Assembly (NCBI RefSeq): GCF_964204645.1 | Contig: NC_134028.1 | Coordinates: 25,292,345 to 25,356,344 of the forward strand | DNA length: 64,000 nucleotides | DNA from: Tubulanus polymorphus | Taxonomy: Eukaryota > Animalia > Nemertea | Direction of reading: 5' to 3' | Shown: positions 14,501 to 28,500 of the stretch, piece by piece | Layout of the letters: the number at the start of each line of letters is the position of its first letter | Numbering within the stretch: the stretch's first letter is position 1 | The notes under the pieces: generated by a model | The model's input: only the letters and a program-made list of their open reading frames with translations | Database searches by the model: none | What the model was told of the DNA's origin: nothing | Position numbers and translations under genes: made by a program

Positions 14501-17500
14501 GATCGATTGAAAATTTGTATCTTTGCAAAATTATAAATTATAAATTCCACAACATAAGTCAATAACCCGATTCAGTTAAGAAATATCATTCATATCAGGG
14601 GTTGCGTATAAACGCCTGTGCCCTATTTGCATGTTAATCACAAAACGGTCGGCTCCGTACCGCTCGCTAGATTTTCATACGTTCGTAGCAGCTCTCAACG
14701 ACATCCGTTCGAGACGGCGTTCAAAGTGTTCACGAGAACCTATTTAAAATTCTCGACGTCGAATTCAGCCGTAGCGTCGCGATGACATCAATTTCCGATG
14801 ACCTCACTTTCCGTGTAGAGAAATCGCGCGTAAAATACGTTTGCTGGCTGTCTGCGCGCTTGGCTCTTAATCGTTCTGACTACTTCATGTTCTAACGGGT
14901 GAGAATGAGTTCGCATTTAATGAAGACTCCATACGTTCGATTGTGGCAATCGAGGATTCCCCTTGTGGCAAGCGAGCATCCATCAGGTGGCAATGAACGA
15001 TGCCGGATTTATTCTTACCAGATTCAGTTAAAAGCTATGATATTCGTATGATTATTATTGATAACAAATAATTTCTCAAATTATGCAAAATTTTGAATAA
15101 AAATCACGCTGATTAGTTTTCAAACTGGCAACATTTATCTTGGATACTTTTCATTAATTCTGTAAAAATTGGACTAAAGAAAATCCGATCCTGGTTCTAG
15201 AGATCAAGGGTTACCTCCACAAAAAAATTGCACCTGAATATAACTTTCCACTCAAGCGAAAAGTCTATTTTTGAGCCCAACTGAGACTCGTGGCCGGACT
15301 TTTTGTGTCTGCACTTCAAAATGCTGATAAAAATTTCTACTTTCAGAACTAGCGATTTTTCCATCATTGAATACGACAAAAAAATCGTTAATTTGATGTA
15401 GCGCATAGATATCGATTCGTTGTATTACTACGCGAGTACGAAAAGGTAAAGCGCCATATAAGGAGCTACCTGACTTATTTCCCAATGCGACCGGAAGTCA
15501 CGGTGCAGGTGAAGTGACGTTTTTTTCTGACGGATCTATCTTCCCGGTATGGAAATTATAACCGACGCGAATATTTCCGCTCGGTTGCCAGCCGGGCTGA
15601 TAACGAACGCGTGTGACATTGATTGTTATGTTCGAGTCGGCCAAGCGAGTGATACCGCATAACGCGCTTCACAGTCGAGATACCAAGCGACTTAATTTAC
15701 AGAGCCTGGAAAACTTACCGGCGCTGTATCGAGATTTTATGACCGTTTCATATCGTATTTACGGTCGTTTGCCACTGACCGCGTCAACAAATCAGTTAAT
15801 CACCAGAACATATACTCGAGATTTGTTCATCCCAGTAGAGGATGTACCCATCATTACGCTTGACCGCCGGTCAATTGGTAGTTGTTATGTGAGTCTATTC
15901 GATTCACATGGACGTGTATGTAAACGAAACGGTATAATTAACTTCTGTTGTCATGCGTTTACACTCTAGCGACCTCGATGGCTCTATCGATATCGCACGT
16001 GACCGGTATGAATCCGTTATCCGCAGTGATTAAATACATACACACAAATAAACCCAATCGAGCTCTTTTTATTTAAGATGGAGAGCCCTCTTTTAGGTAA
16101 ATACCACGCCGTGGCAGTAGAATATCAAATTGATTAAAAACGATAAAACCAACTTGATACGAATAACAAGATTAAACCGAAGTTCATTTATCAAAAATTC
16201 AAGAAAAAAAACAAAATGGACTTAAATCGCATTATCTCGTTATCTTGGTAATGTTCCAATTTGATTTGATTCCTGAATTAAGAATAATAATGATGAAGAC
16301 ATCGCGTTGTTTCAAACTCCCTCCAGTAACAACCATCAGGTGAGATCGACGACGATGTCGGACAATGAGTATTATGACGTAGTCGTAAATAAATCATTTC
16401 TCCGAACAAACCTTTTCGTTTTTGAGTGTGGAATTTTATCTTATAAATATTCAGTCATTCTGCGACATCGGCTGCAGGTTTTGCTGGGCCGTAAAGAATA
16501 AAGAATTTTTCTGAGCGAAATTAACGAACGGAGAAATATTCCATTCGTTCATTAACGGATGATGTCTTTAAAAGGTAATTGGGTCGCTGTCGGGAGGATA
16601 ATGAGTGCGTTTTGATGGACTAGACCGAAAATTGTTAGGAGTAAAGCTGACGATCATGAGATTCAAATGACATCATTACTCCGTAATAAACCTCACTTCT
16701 GTAGATTATTTGGTTGTTTCTCTTTTATTTCATTCGTTCATCCAGGGTCGGTTCCAGGGCGGTACTAGACAGTTTACGAAATAACGCAGCCTACAGAAAT
16801 AGCATATCATTATCCCAGACAAGACCAGTACCCGGGGCCCAATTAGAAAAAAACAGGATGATAAATCGGTTAAGTCTAAATCATATCTGTCGCGTTATGA
16901 ATCTGAGGGATTTTTTTAACAATAAATTCATTTCCATGATATGCATTTGTACAAGATTGCAAGTATTGATGAAAATGATGAAAATGATTAATGTACATAG
17001 ATGGCAGACCAAAATCTGAGGGATTTGTGAATTTGAAAATTGTAAAATACGTTATGGCTCTCAATATCATTTTCGTGGCAAACAAACTGTAACTTACAGA
17101 TCAAATAACGATGAATCGGTACTGGTAAACACTTCGAACGAATCTGATTGGTTGAATCAATACACATTTGCATATATTTACATAAGTGGATAGTTCCGAG
17201 GTTTATTGTGAGATGGCGTTACTATACGGTGTTTACGTGCCGTAGTGTGCGCAGCTGGAATGTTGCAGAATATGCTGAATTAAGGCGATTCAATTGCTAA
17301 CAAGCGAGCTGCTCTGAGCACTCTAAAAACCAGTCTTTTAATCTATTCCATGCGCTGAATTATCCAGTGGGGATTTCATTTTTTTAAAAATACGCTCATG
17401 TATAATGTCAAGGAATAAATTCGCATTCGATCAAAAAATACCAAAGTGTTGCTTTATCTGAATAATCATTTCACTTACGCGAAAGCCAGTGGTTTGTAAA

Positions 17501-18289
17501 TTGAAAGTTCCGCCAATTTAATCCGCATTTGATGATATTTAACATGTAATATGTACGTAAACGATACCACACAATAGTTTCAGCAGAAAAGAGAAAGTTC
17601 CTGAGTTAATCAGTCACTCATAACCCCAAGCAAAGTATATTTGGAGTACATATGATAAGTTTTCGGCTTAAAATTAAAGCCATACCCAGGCATACTGATA
17701 CAGAGTAAATTTACAGGATTCATGTAAGAATCAAACGAATTGAGAAAGTTATTGCGATTGATTGGGAACCAATTAATGCGGGATTTCTTACGTATCTTCT
17801 CGACCAAACATTTCCGTGAGTATTCCTTCGAGTTCATTTCGTGATTGCGCGTTTTGACGTTGATGTCGCCACTGTACGGTGTCGTATCGATCGGATGATA
17901 ATTGCCTCTCAGAGAGTGTCAATTCAGCGACCCTCGCATCTGAAATTCGCATTACTTCTTTCGATTAGATTTACATCGCGGCGGAACCGCGCCGGAATTG
18001 GTTTTGCTATTCGGGCACAATCCGGTCGTCAGTCGTCGCAACAAAGGTGATTTTCGTAGAGACGTCAATTTCTATCAAGAAAGGTAGAAAAATAAATGTG
18101 CTTTTATGCGCGCTAGTTATATCGGGATGGGTTGAGGAGAAGAGGGAAAAAAGTGATTTTTTCCAGCCGAACAGTTTCTATTACGTATATACGTGTGTAT
18201 CGGTAATATACATAAATATGTCTCGCAATACTACATTAATCATATGCGCGATCTACCGTCGGTCCTAGTTTTGATCCAGCCCACGCATC

Positions 18290-18513
<224 letters not shown>

Positions 18514-19228
18514 AGCAGTAATAGAATAGACCAATGAAGGGTTTGCGGCCAGGGTTTGTGCTGGTGTGGGCTTCGGCGGGAGGCAATCAAAGCCTGGAAA
18601 GCGAGGATGGCATATATTCATATTTACGATTATGCTATGAATATCTATGTTCCCTTTACATAATGTAATATATCATCGTGTAGGTGATATTCGTAAACCT
18701 TTTCTTTCGCATATTGACATAATGATTCCGAGAATCAGTTTTTTCCCCCAATTAACGCGATGCAATCAGGTTCGAATCCCATCAAACCGTCGCACAACGA
18801 ACCGATATAAGGCCGTTCTTTACCGCACGTCCTGGAAACCATGTGTAATGAGAGATACTTCTCATAATAAGACGACTGCAACAACCTTGATTGTGAAATG
18901 CTCTCGCAGCGCGTATGGAGTTGAAGTTATTATCACTAGCCTTGTACTCCGTATAGTTAACAAAACAGGTGCATAAAAATATCGCTACATGCAATTTATC
19001 AGCAAAGCGCACCGATAATTATGTACTAAACATTAATGCGCGTCGACGCTCGTAATTTGTAATTTTCGGCATTAAAGTGTCCTCTGTGGGGACGCATTAC
19101 CGAAGCGTCACGCATCTGTGCATTGAAGATAAATAACACTCCGTTCAAACGTCGTCTTATAGTGAAAGTAGCTACACACATCGCGTTCAGGTGTTACTCT
19201 TCGTATCGGACGATAGTGTGACAACAGA

Positions 19229-19505
<277 letters not shown>

Positions 19506-22500
19506 CAAATGAACCCATCGCGCACGTTACGACCGGTATTTAGTTAATCGTATTAGCAGCGGAACAGCCGGTTCACTCACACATGCAGAATCAATAATCA
19601 ACGTTAGGTTTTAAACCCTTTATGTACAAAATTTAAAAGATTGAAATCTTTTTGAAATTGGTAGTTGTTCTGAATGAAATCGAATTTTGTTTTTGTCAAA
19701 AGTTGAAATCAAAAGACGCGACGTTTTAACTCTCATTTATCCTCGTCTCGTGTATTCGCTTTTAATCTTTTAGATTGTTAAGTATTTTCAAACTTATTAT
19801 CTACTCTCTTCTATCTATTCTCTGGTTTTCTGCTACAGTATAGTTTTGAGATAACTTGATTATTCCGATTGAGATCAAAAGAAATTGAAGTTTAGAAGAC
19901 GGAGCAACTATAGTCAACTAAAGCGAACCAGATGGATCTCCACTCGCCACAAGTGGAATCCTCGATTCAATATGGACCGGCACCGGTTTATACGTACACC
20001 GAATTGAAATGAATCAAATCGATTTGATGTCACTAGCGTTTCATGCAAAAATCACAGAATTGAAAATGAAAATAAATATTTTCCTAACGAGTAATTTGCA
20101 GGTATTTACACAGCGCTCTAAACAAGCACTCGCGGCTTTGTGTAAATTCAGTTTCAAAACAATAAAATCAGCGTTTTTTGAATACGGTTTTCTAACGATA
20201 CACTCGAGTTTGACACGAAACAGTGATTTATTTACTGTTCGATCATCTAATCGGATGTGTAATCCTGGTTTATTGAATAATTCTGGTTTAGCTATTAAAA
20301 CCTGACAGCGTAGCTCGCGAAGCTCGACGGCTATTGATATATGATTTATAATCCGTCGTATAGATGGGTTTAATGCACTGAACTCACACGGCGCTATTTA
20401 GCAATAATTGGTTAACCGAGGATAAAATACTCACAAAAAGGTCCAGGCCCGTATTAAGGGGGTTCGCGTGGGGGGATTCTAACGAGCATTTTACGGAGTG
20501 AACGAAGTTGCGCCCGGTTTTCAGCCTGAATTTTGAATTTTCAAGCATGTAAATCATTTTTAACATTAACAATAAGTATTGACTAAAATCTCCTTATATA
20601 GGCTATCATCTACAAATAGAATTTGACCTTCGGTAGTTATAGAATAAGAGGCAAAAGCTGCGGGAAATTCGTCAAGTTTAATGAGTAAGGCTTCAATAAG
20701 ATCGCGGGAGGTATACAGGGAATGGCGACTACTAAATTGAGATAGAATGAGAGTACTAAGGTTATTTGGGATTGACATGAAGTTATGAAAACGAGAAAGG
20801 AAAACAACCGCCGTTTAAATTAGCGCTAAAAGCGAAACCTTGCACACCTGCACCCACTTCCGCTTCAGCGTTCAATCCCGCCGCGTTAGTTACCCACTAT
20901 ATAAATATACTGAATTCAAAAGATTAAAAACAAATTTTATTTATCAAGAATTAAATCAAAAATACACAACGTTTCACTAGAGATCATCGTCAGGAGTGAC
21001 GATGATCACTCTGATCGTCAGGTGTGACTAGTCGACTAGTGATCGAAGTCTGGGACCGTATTCACGAAACACCCGTAACCCTTAGATCTTTACGTGACAC
21101 GTAATTTACGGGCACTTCGTAAAAATACGGTCTCAGTTATTGTAGCTCTGTCTTACACAGTGTCAGCCATCTTGAAACTAGGTCCGGACTACGGCGACCG
21201 TGCTCAGTTGCGTGGTTTGCTATTTCCGGACTATAGTTCGGACTAGCTGACATCCCGTTTCACTTAGTTTGCAAATACTCGGACTTACTCCGATAACCAA
21301 TGTAGAGGATCGAGGTGCTTACTATATGGAAGGGTCAATGTTTTGAAAGCACGGATATAAAGATGATTTTGATGTTCAGCCGTGGCGGTATAGACTACGG
21401 CTTATCAAAATGGCGAAACGATATTCAACAAAATGTAACAGATGTACTTAGGTACGCGTCCCCCCCCCCCCCCCCCGAAGTCCGGAAATTCATTAATTGC
21501 ACCCGGTATATTTTTTGCTCGGCGATATTTGTGTTTGGCTAATTAATCTACTATGAAAAAAACTTGATCGATTCGATATAGAAAGCAAAGCTTTTAATAC
21601 CGAAACGCGCGTGTAAACATTACTCGAAGTCAACTCGGCTTCGATGCAGTTTCCGTTCCGGTTATTGCATACATCAATGAATCGTGTTGCAATTTACACC
21701 TCACTTCCCAGGGCAGGAATGGGTTTTCTACGCGATGGCTTATTGCTTGAGCGAGGACGGGCTGTCAGTTTGGACGTCACCGATCGCAACCCGTACCCCG
21801 TTCCTCGGTCGCCTGTGAAATTGATCTTAAAATAGTGATTAACCCTGTTATTAATTTAACTGGCAGATTTTTATCGTTTGTATTTGATGTCACTTACAAA
21901 CCCAACACGCCTGCCGCGAAACAGGGGGTTTGAAATCGAGAAACGAAGTACAGATATAAAAACACTACTCTCTCGACGTCATCATTAAAAATTCGAATAT
22001 ATAGATATTTTTCATTCTCGGAGCCGTCCTCTGCAGCGGTAACACCAATGTCCGTCGCGTTCTTATCACGCGTAGCCGGGATAAGAATGTGATTATCCGC
22101 ATAACCATCCATTTTTCAGATGAATCCTCCATGCATATCATCACCATAAAGTGTATTTATATATACACATATATAAACTAGAGCGCGCCAGTATAGCGTG
22201 GTTCAGACTGGCAGTTTATTACACTCGTCGTAAACAAGTTTCCACTCAGCTGCCAACGGCTAAGTGTCTTTTGAACCGTTCAATAATTTGTCATCGGCTC
22301 GCGAGCGGTTAATGCTGATAAAGAGAAAGAAAGCTGAAATAACGAGATAGCCTTTAACAATCGAGTCTGTGTCTATAAATCCTCTGCGGTCCACAGCCAG
22401 GTCAACGATAATATCCGGCGCACTTCTATAACAGCCGCAAAATTATTCTCTTCGATAACAGGGAAACGTGATCGCTTCAGTCGAATCGGCATTCTTTAGC

Positions 22501-25500
22501 TTTAAACTTCAAACGATCAAAAAGTGTTCAATCAGGGTTCTTTTAAGCCCTTATAATCAGTAAGATAAAGATTTTTTTTTTTAAGTGTAATTTTTTTTAC
22601 TGAAAAAGGCTGAAAAAATCTTCTTGTTAATCGGTATTCCTGAATTCAACACGCTATAAAAATGAACGTATTATCGTGACTGCCAATCAACGTGTTCGTT
22701 GCCCATTCGGTTTTTCTTTAAAGTTACTTTCTAAAAGGGCTGTTTTTATCAATACGAGCTACTGTTCCTTCGAAACAGTCCTTCATCTAATATTGATTCC
22801 GATCGTTAACTATAATATTCTATAGTTATTCGTTAATTTTGTGAAGATTTTATACGAAAATGAAATAAAACGATGTAACATAATATGATCAGTATGAGGA
22901 ACTAATAACCAACATTTCATTTCCTTATTGAATATTCTAACGAGAAATATAAGAATATCCAAAGCCAAGTTATGTCTTCACTCGTATGAAAAAAGAACAG
23001 AATGACATTTACTTTGGATGGGGCCGGTTGTGTGAAAGTTTGTTAGAATGAACCAGCGGCCAGCCATGTCAACAAACCAACCGACTGGTCGCTCAATTAC
23101 TGTCAGTCCCTTCTTTCTTCTGGGAGTAATACCGCGCGCGCTGATGTGGTTACAATATTCAACTAAATTTACGTCGAGGAAAAATATCGGCCTCCACACA
23201 GATCCCATTTGGGGTTCATCCAGTCGATTGCTGTATAGAATATCACGTCGCCTGGTGTAACTTTATTACAACCGGTATAAAGCCGACTGTTCACGCTTCC
23301 TACGATGATTACTCGATAGTGTATGCAAATTCAATCTTCTTTTATTGCAGTGAAAGAGCAGAAATTACCGAATTTACATTCACAGCTAACACAAATGAGC
23401 CGGAATGATGATTCTGTTAGTTTTATAGACACCGATTATCTCTGGTTCTTTTTATACTAGTGATGACTGTTAGAGGCGCGTGGCTGATGGGCCACAGTGC
23501 GTTACTGATGCCGTAGCTGCCGTTGCTGCGGCCGCTGCTGCTGCTAAAAGTATTCGTTTATTTTATCCCTTCCTATAAGTTGTGTTCATAAGGACTTAAA
23601 TAACTTAACACACTTTTAAACCGCTCTATCGAGTCCGAACTCGAATGAATTTTGAGATTATTCGCCTGAATTCGAGCGATTTTCATTCGAAGGTTCGTCA
23701 TTTTATCCCAACGTGTATTGCGGAACTTCGTCATCACGAATCTTGTGAGCAACCATTGAATTATTAAAATGTCACCGAAGTGTTTAAGAAATCATTAAAC
23801 TACAATCGTCCACTGACTATTTATTTACACTGATGCGTGAATATTATGAATAGTTAAAGCCGTTCTCCCTTTTTAAGTTTTGATAGTAGTTTTTGAGGTT
23901 TAAAAACAAAATCTATTTCCGAATTATCTCAAAAGACTATTCGAATCGCGATACTGAAATCTATTTCCGAGCGATGTTCGACTTTTAATCTTAAACATTA
24001 AAATTGATACGGCGAGGCTTTCGTCGAGCGGCTTAATATGAAACGTATCACGTGATCGGTTTACGGAAGCGCGAAACGCCTGACGGGAATCAGTAAGCGG
24101 AGCTGGTTCGGTGCCGTTCACTTTTCATGTTGCTATAATTAGAATTATATATGAGATGGGAAGAACAGTGGGCTACTCTCTGAGTCTGTTTCGTATACAG
24201 ATGGTTCACATCAAAACTCGCATCAAAACCAGCGTGTCTTCATGCTCCCTTTACCTCGAACTGCTGAGTGTTATTTAAATCGAATACGCGGGAATGTTCT
24301 AGTGTGCAGTCCTATTGGCGTCTATTGGGTCAAGGGCGTTCTACATAAATCGAAGGGTCGGTTTACAAATGAAAAAGATTTTTTGTTGTTTATCTCGCTT
24401 AACGTTGTTCGGATCTTAAGTTTCCAAGACTAACCCTATTCACGACGGGTCCACGCAGCCTTTGAAGTTTGGCCTGCAACTATAAGCAGCCAGCAGGACT
24501 CGAACCCGCTTTGATAAGAACGGCTCAGGGCGATCGGCCTTTACACTTTATGAAATAGTTGCGTCGCAATGTTGGGTGACCTGACCATTCCGCAAAATCC
24601 AGTTCCAGCGCGTCGCAAGGGTGATTGCCCTGAACTTAACTTCCTGCGCTACACCGTGGTCAAAATCCAGTTGCTGGATGCGCGATCCGAGCTGCAGCTC
24701 CCGAGACCAATCCAGTGACGTCGTTTGTAATAAAACGTTATATAACTCTTAGTCCGTGGTAGCATAAATGAAGCCGGAGTTTGTACTGGTTTTTTTTACA
24801 AGCATTTCCATTTGTAACATTACTCATCCAATTAACGAATACTACAACGCGATATTCGGTAGATGTATTAACGGACGAGACGCACACAGACACACGCGCC
24901 GCTTCGGGATTCCCGACATCATATTGGTTAATTATAGAGAAAATGGATTAATGCGCTTAAGTTCTATCCATATTGCTAATTTCAGCGATGCACCAGAAAA
25001 CTTTATTTTCTTTCACGCGAGATATGAAACTCGGAAATGACCTGGGATACGAGGTTTACGAGTTTACGAGTTTGCGAATGCGGTTAATCTGAAAGGGAAT
25101 TAACTCGAGTTTCGAGTTCAGACAACGTTGAGTCTACGAGTTAATTGTGAGACTGGCGGTTAGGCAGAAATGTTGGCGAAAGTTCCCTTTTTGCCTTCAA
25201 ACTAATAGAGATTCACGTTAAAATCTTTCACTTGAGACTGACAAGCATTTTGTTATATAGGCCTGAGACTTGATTTTGTTAAGGTCTACAAGAAAGATCT
25301 CCATATTCGATGTTTGAAGTAACTGCCCCTTAAGACAGTTTCTCCGCCCCTACCCCCTACCCCAACATTCAAATGTTAGGCACGGCCCTGTGTTCGTTTA
25401 AGGTAATAGGTTTTTTTTATCATTTTCCCTCCATTATAAATCACAATTATCTTCAATCGAGCTTCCATTCTATATTGACTGATGTCTTATGTCCGCTTGT

Positions 25501-28500
25501 TGCTTATCATCTTATTACAAACTTGTTTGTGTAGTCGGTGATTTCGTTTTATCGTGAACACAAAATCAAACGCATTTATCATCCGCAAACCTGATTAATT
25601 GCGCTTTTAAAAAGCATTTAAGTATTCAACGGCATTTCATTTGAGAGGCACCTAAATAGGAAAAACCTCAGGTGACAATCAACCTCACGTAAGAAACGTA
25701 AATCATTAAAACCAAACTAAACCAAAACACATACAACCAATAACAGTGATAACCTAAATCAAGAATTACAAAATTACTGAATCATTGAGATAATATTTTC
25801 ATCATCTACAACTTAATTTAACGCCCGAGTTCCACAACTGAAAAGGACATTCTTCCATTGGATTTGATTGGCTGGCTTATAGCCAGATGGTGGCGCCACC
25901 GGCTGGAGCTATGCTACCCGCCGGGAGAATACGTAACTTCATTATATATCCGTCGCATAAACGCTAATTGACAATTGTTCATTAGGAAAAACGTATAGAT
26001 AATTGTTAGAATATGCGCGATAGTATTTTGGATTTTTTGAAATATCTTTGCGAACACTGTGTCGAGGCTTACATCCTCGGAGCTTGTACCGGATAATTTC
26101 CATTTTACCAGAACGCGCTGTCGTCAATAGGTTTTATAACTCGATTAGTTAGAACTATAATTTCGCTGCTCCGGTGGTGGAAGCGATGAAATGAGTTTTG
26201 AGAGCGGTTTTTGAACATTCTGCACCAGTGATCGGCTATAATTGAAGTAGATTGTTATTGAGACTGCGCACGTCGCATACAGAGTTTCGGTGTACGGATA
26301 CCGCTGCGAGGGTCGCAGACATTAAGTAGCGACTCGACGCTAAAATACGACATAACCTCATCTGGCCCGAAGACCTGAAAATAATAGAGAACCGGTTTCC
26401 TCCTCCCGATATGGTACTAAGTCAGTGTGACCATACCAGCCGTTTGCGCAACTTTCGTCTCCGAAAGAAACGTGTTTATCATCATCTTCGCCGAAAAGGC
26501 GTTCGATCGATATTTCCTCGGAAAGAATGTGTAGGAATTTTGGTGCGTCCATCTGGTAGATGTAGCTTGGGTATAGATTGCCTATTCGAACTATCGGCGT
26601 CGCAAAAAGAATTATACTATTCTTTCAGGAAATGCATACGAAAGGAAAGCGTTGACCCATTTGAAAGATAGTAATTGAGGTTTGTTTAATGCAAGCTAGC
26701 CAAAAGTTAGCTCGAAATAAACTTGACCGTAAAGTTAGTTAAAGTGATTTTTTGGTTTGATATAAGATTACGAGATAGTTATTAAGAGATTACGAAAAAT
26801 AGTATATTCCGACTTAGCTATCTCGGAATAAACCTCGAAAATCGTTTATTTACTGAGAAAACTATAGTTTATTCTGAGTTCGCGAAATAAGCTTCGATTT
26901 TTATTTTTGTTTTACAAATATGTCCCCAGGGCGCTTCTCTGACTTTCCTTTTAATAAATCGTCTCTGCTACCGGAACTAAATGACTAAGAGGTGACTGCA
27001 CCTTTTTCAAAATTATGAATAAGTTGGCGCAGTGAAACAGGCTTGAATAATGAGACTGCATCTATTCTAAGGGTTTACGTTGAATGTTTGAACAAGCCGG
27101 TAGGAACTTATTTAAATACTGGGTGTCAAATCAGAAAAGCTTAACTAATAATCCATCAACTCTTGAAGCCTTTAATAGTCTGACAAATTTTACCCGTGTG
27201 TATTGACGGTTTCCAGAAAGAACTTTTCAAAGATAGAACAGAATTCAGCTCCACAGCCGTCAGTAAAAAAAATCCTATCTATCTACAGAAATCGGATCGG
27301 CAGTTTTGAAGATTGAAATCTCCAGAATTCGGTTATTCGGTCTTTAAGGTTTTGAATTGTATCAACGCCATAGGCCGACCTTCAGAAATACCAAATACTA
27401 GAATACCAAACACTATACTGCTACATAACACGTCTTGGGCAACTGATATTTGGTAGTTTTTGAAACGTATTTTGCGCTGACCACGCGGTGGCAAAAATGC
27501 GTCACAATCCTACAGAGGAAAGCGCGTCAATCAGTATCAAACTGCAAATCGTTACTCGTTATAAATCGTTTATTCAAAATGGCGGCCGCCATATCGAAAT
27601 TTATCCGGAGATTTATATCTCGCAAACTGTCGCATTTGAGCCATTAGCGGAGACCGCGGGCGTTCTGTCATCGGCGGCCACTGATTAAATGGAAACGAAA
27701 ACGTGTATCAATCTTAGAACTGATTAAAAATGACCCGAATGACAGTTACGGCCCGGTGTGATTAATAATGATAGGATTACTGCGATGCGGTTTGGAGCTG
27801 CGGGTTTCATATTCGACGACAAACTGATATTCGTAAAAACAAAGAGAGATAGAGAGACAGAGAGAGAAAAGCTTCCGTTTCTTCCGACCCTCGGGGATTG
27901 TTGTATGTTGTCTGCTGTCTCGGTCGGGAATTGTATCTGAGTAATAATTAACAATCTCTCAAATATATTACAATATGCAGACTCGTCTATTAGAAAGGAA
28001 TACATGCATACATATCAAGAAAATAAGATAAAATCCCGCTGTAAGAAAGAAAAAAAGCGTCTGAAATGTTTCCTTCTGCTGATGATTTATTCAAACGTCT
28101 CGACTTTATCCTTAACATTTCGGGCTCTGTTTTCTTTCACAGTGTGGGATTTAATATCGTTATTACACGGACATAGTGTTCCATCGACTGTTATACTTCA
28201 GGAAACACTAATCTGCGAACCGCTTAGGATTAACCACATCCGATTATAGCGCTAATCGAAATATCAATGGATACGGAATCAGTATAGTGCAAATTTATTC
28301 ACAATTAGCGTCAATTCTCTACATCTTCTGGACAGTCGAAACTGGTCATTTAACAGGTCATAACTTGGGGAAAATATAACGTTGATGCGACTGGTTTAGA
28401 TACATTACTCTCGAGGCGATTTTGCGCGACGATGTCTCCCGGGATTATTCGTAAGCGGAAAATATAAATGGGGTAAATATACGACTGTGTTTTGGGCCAT

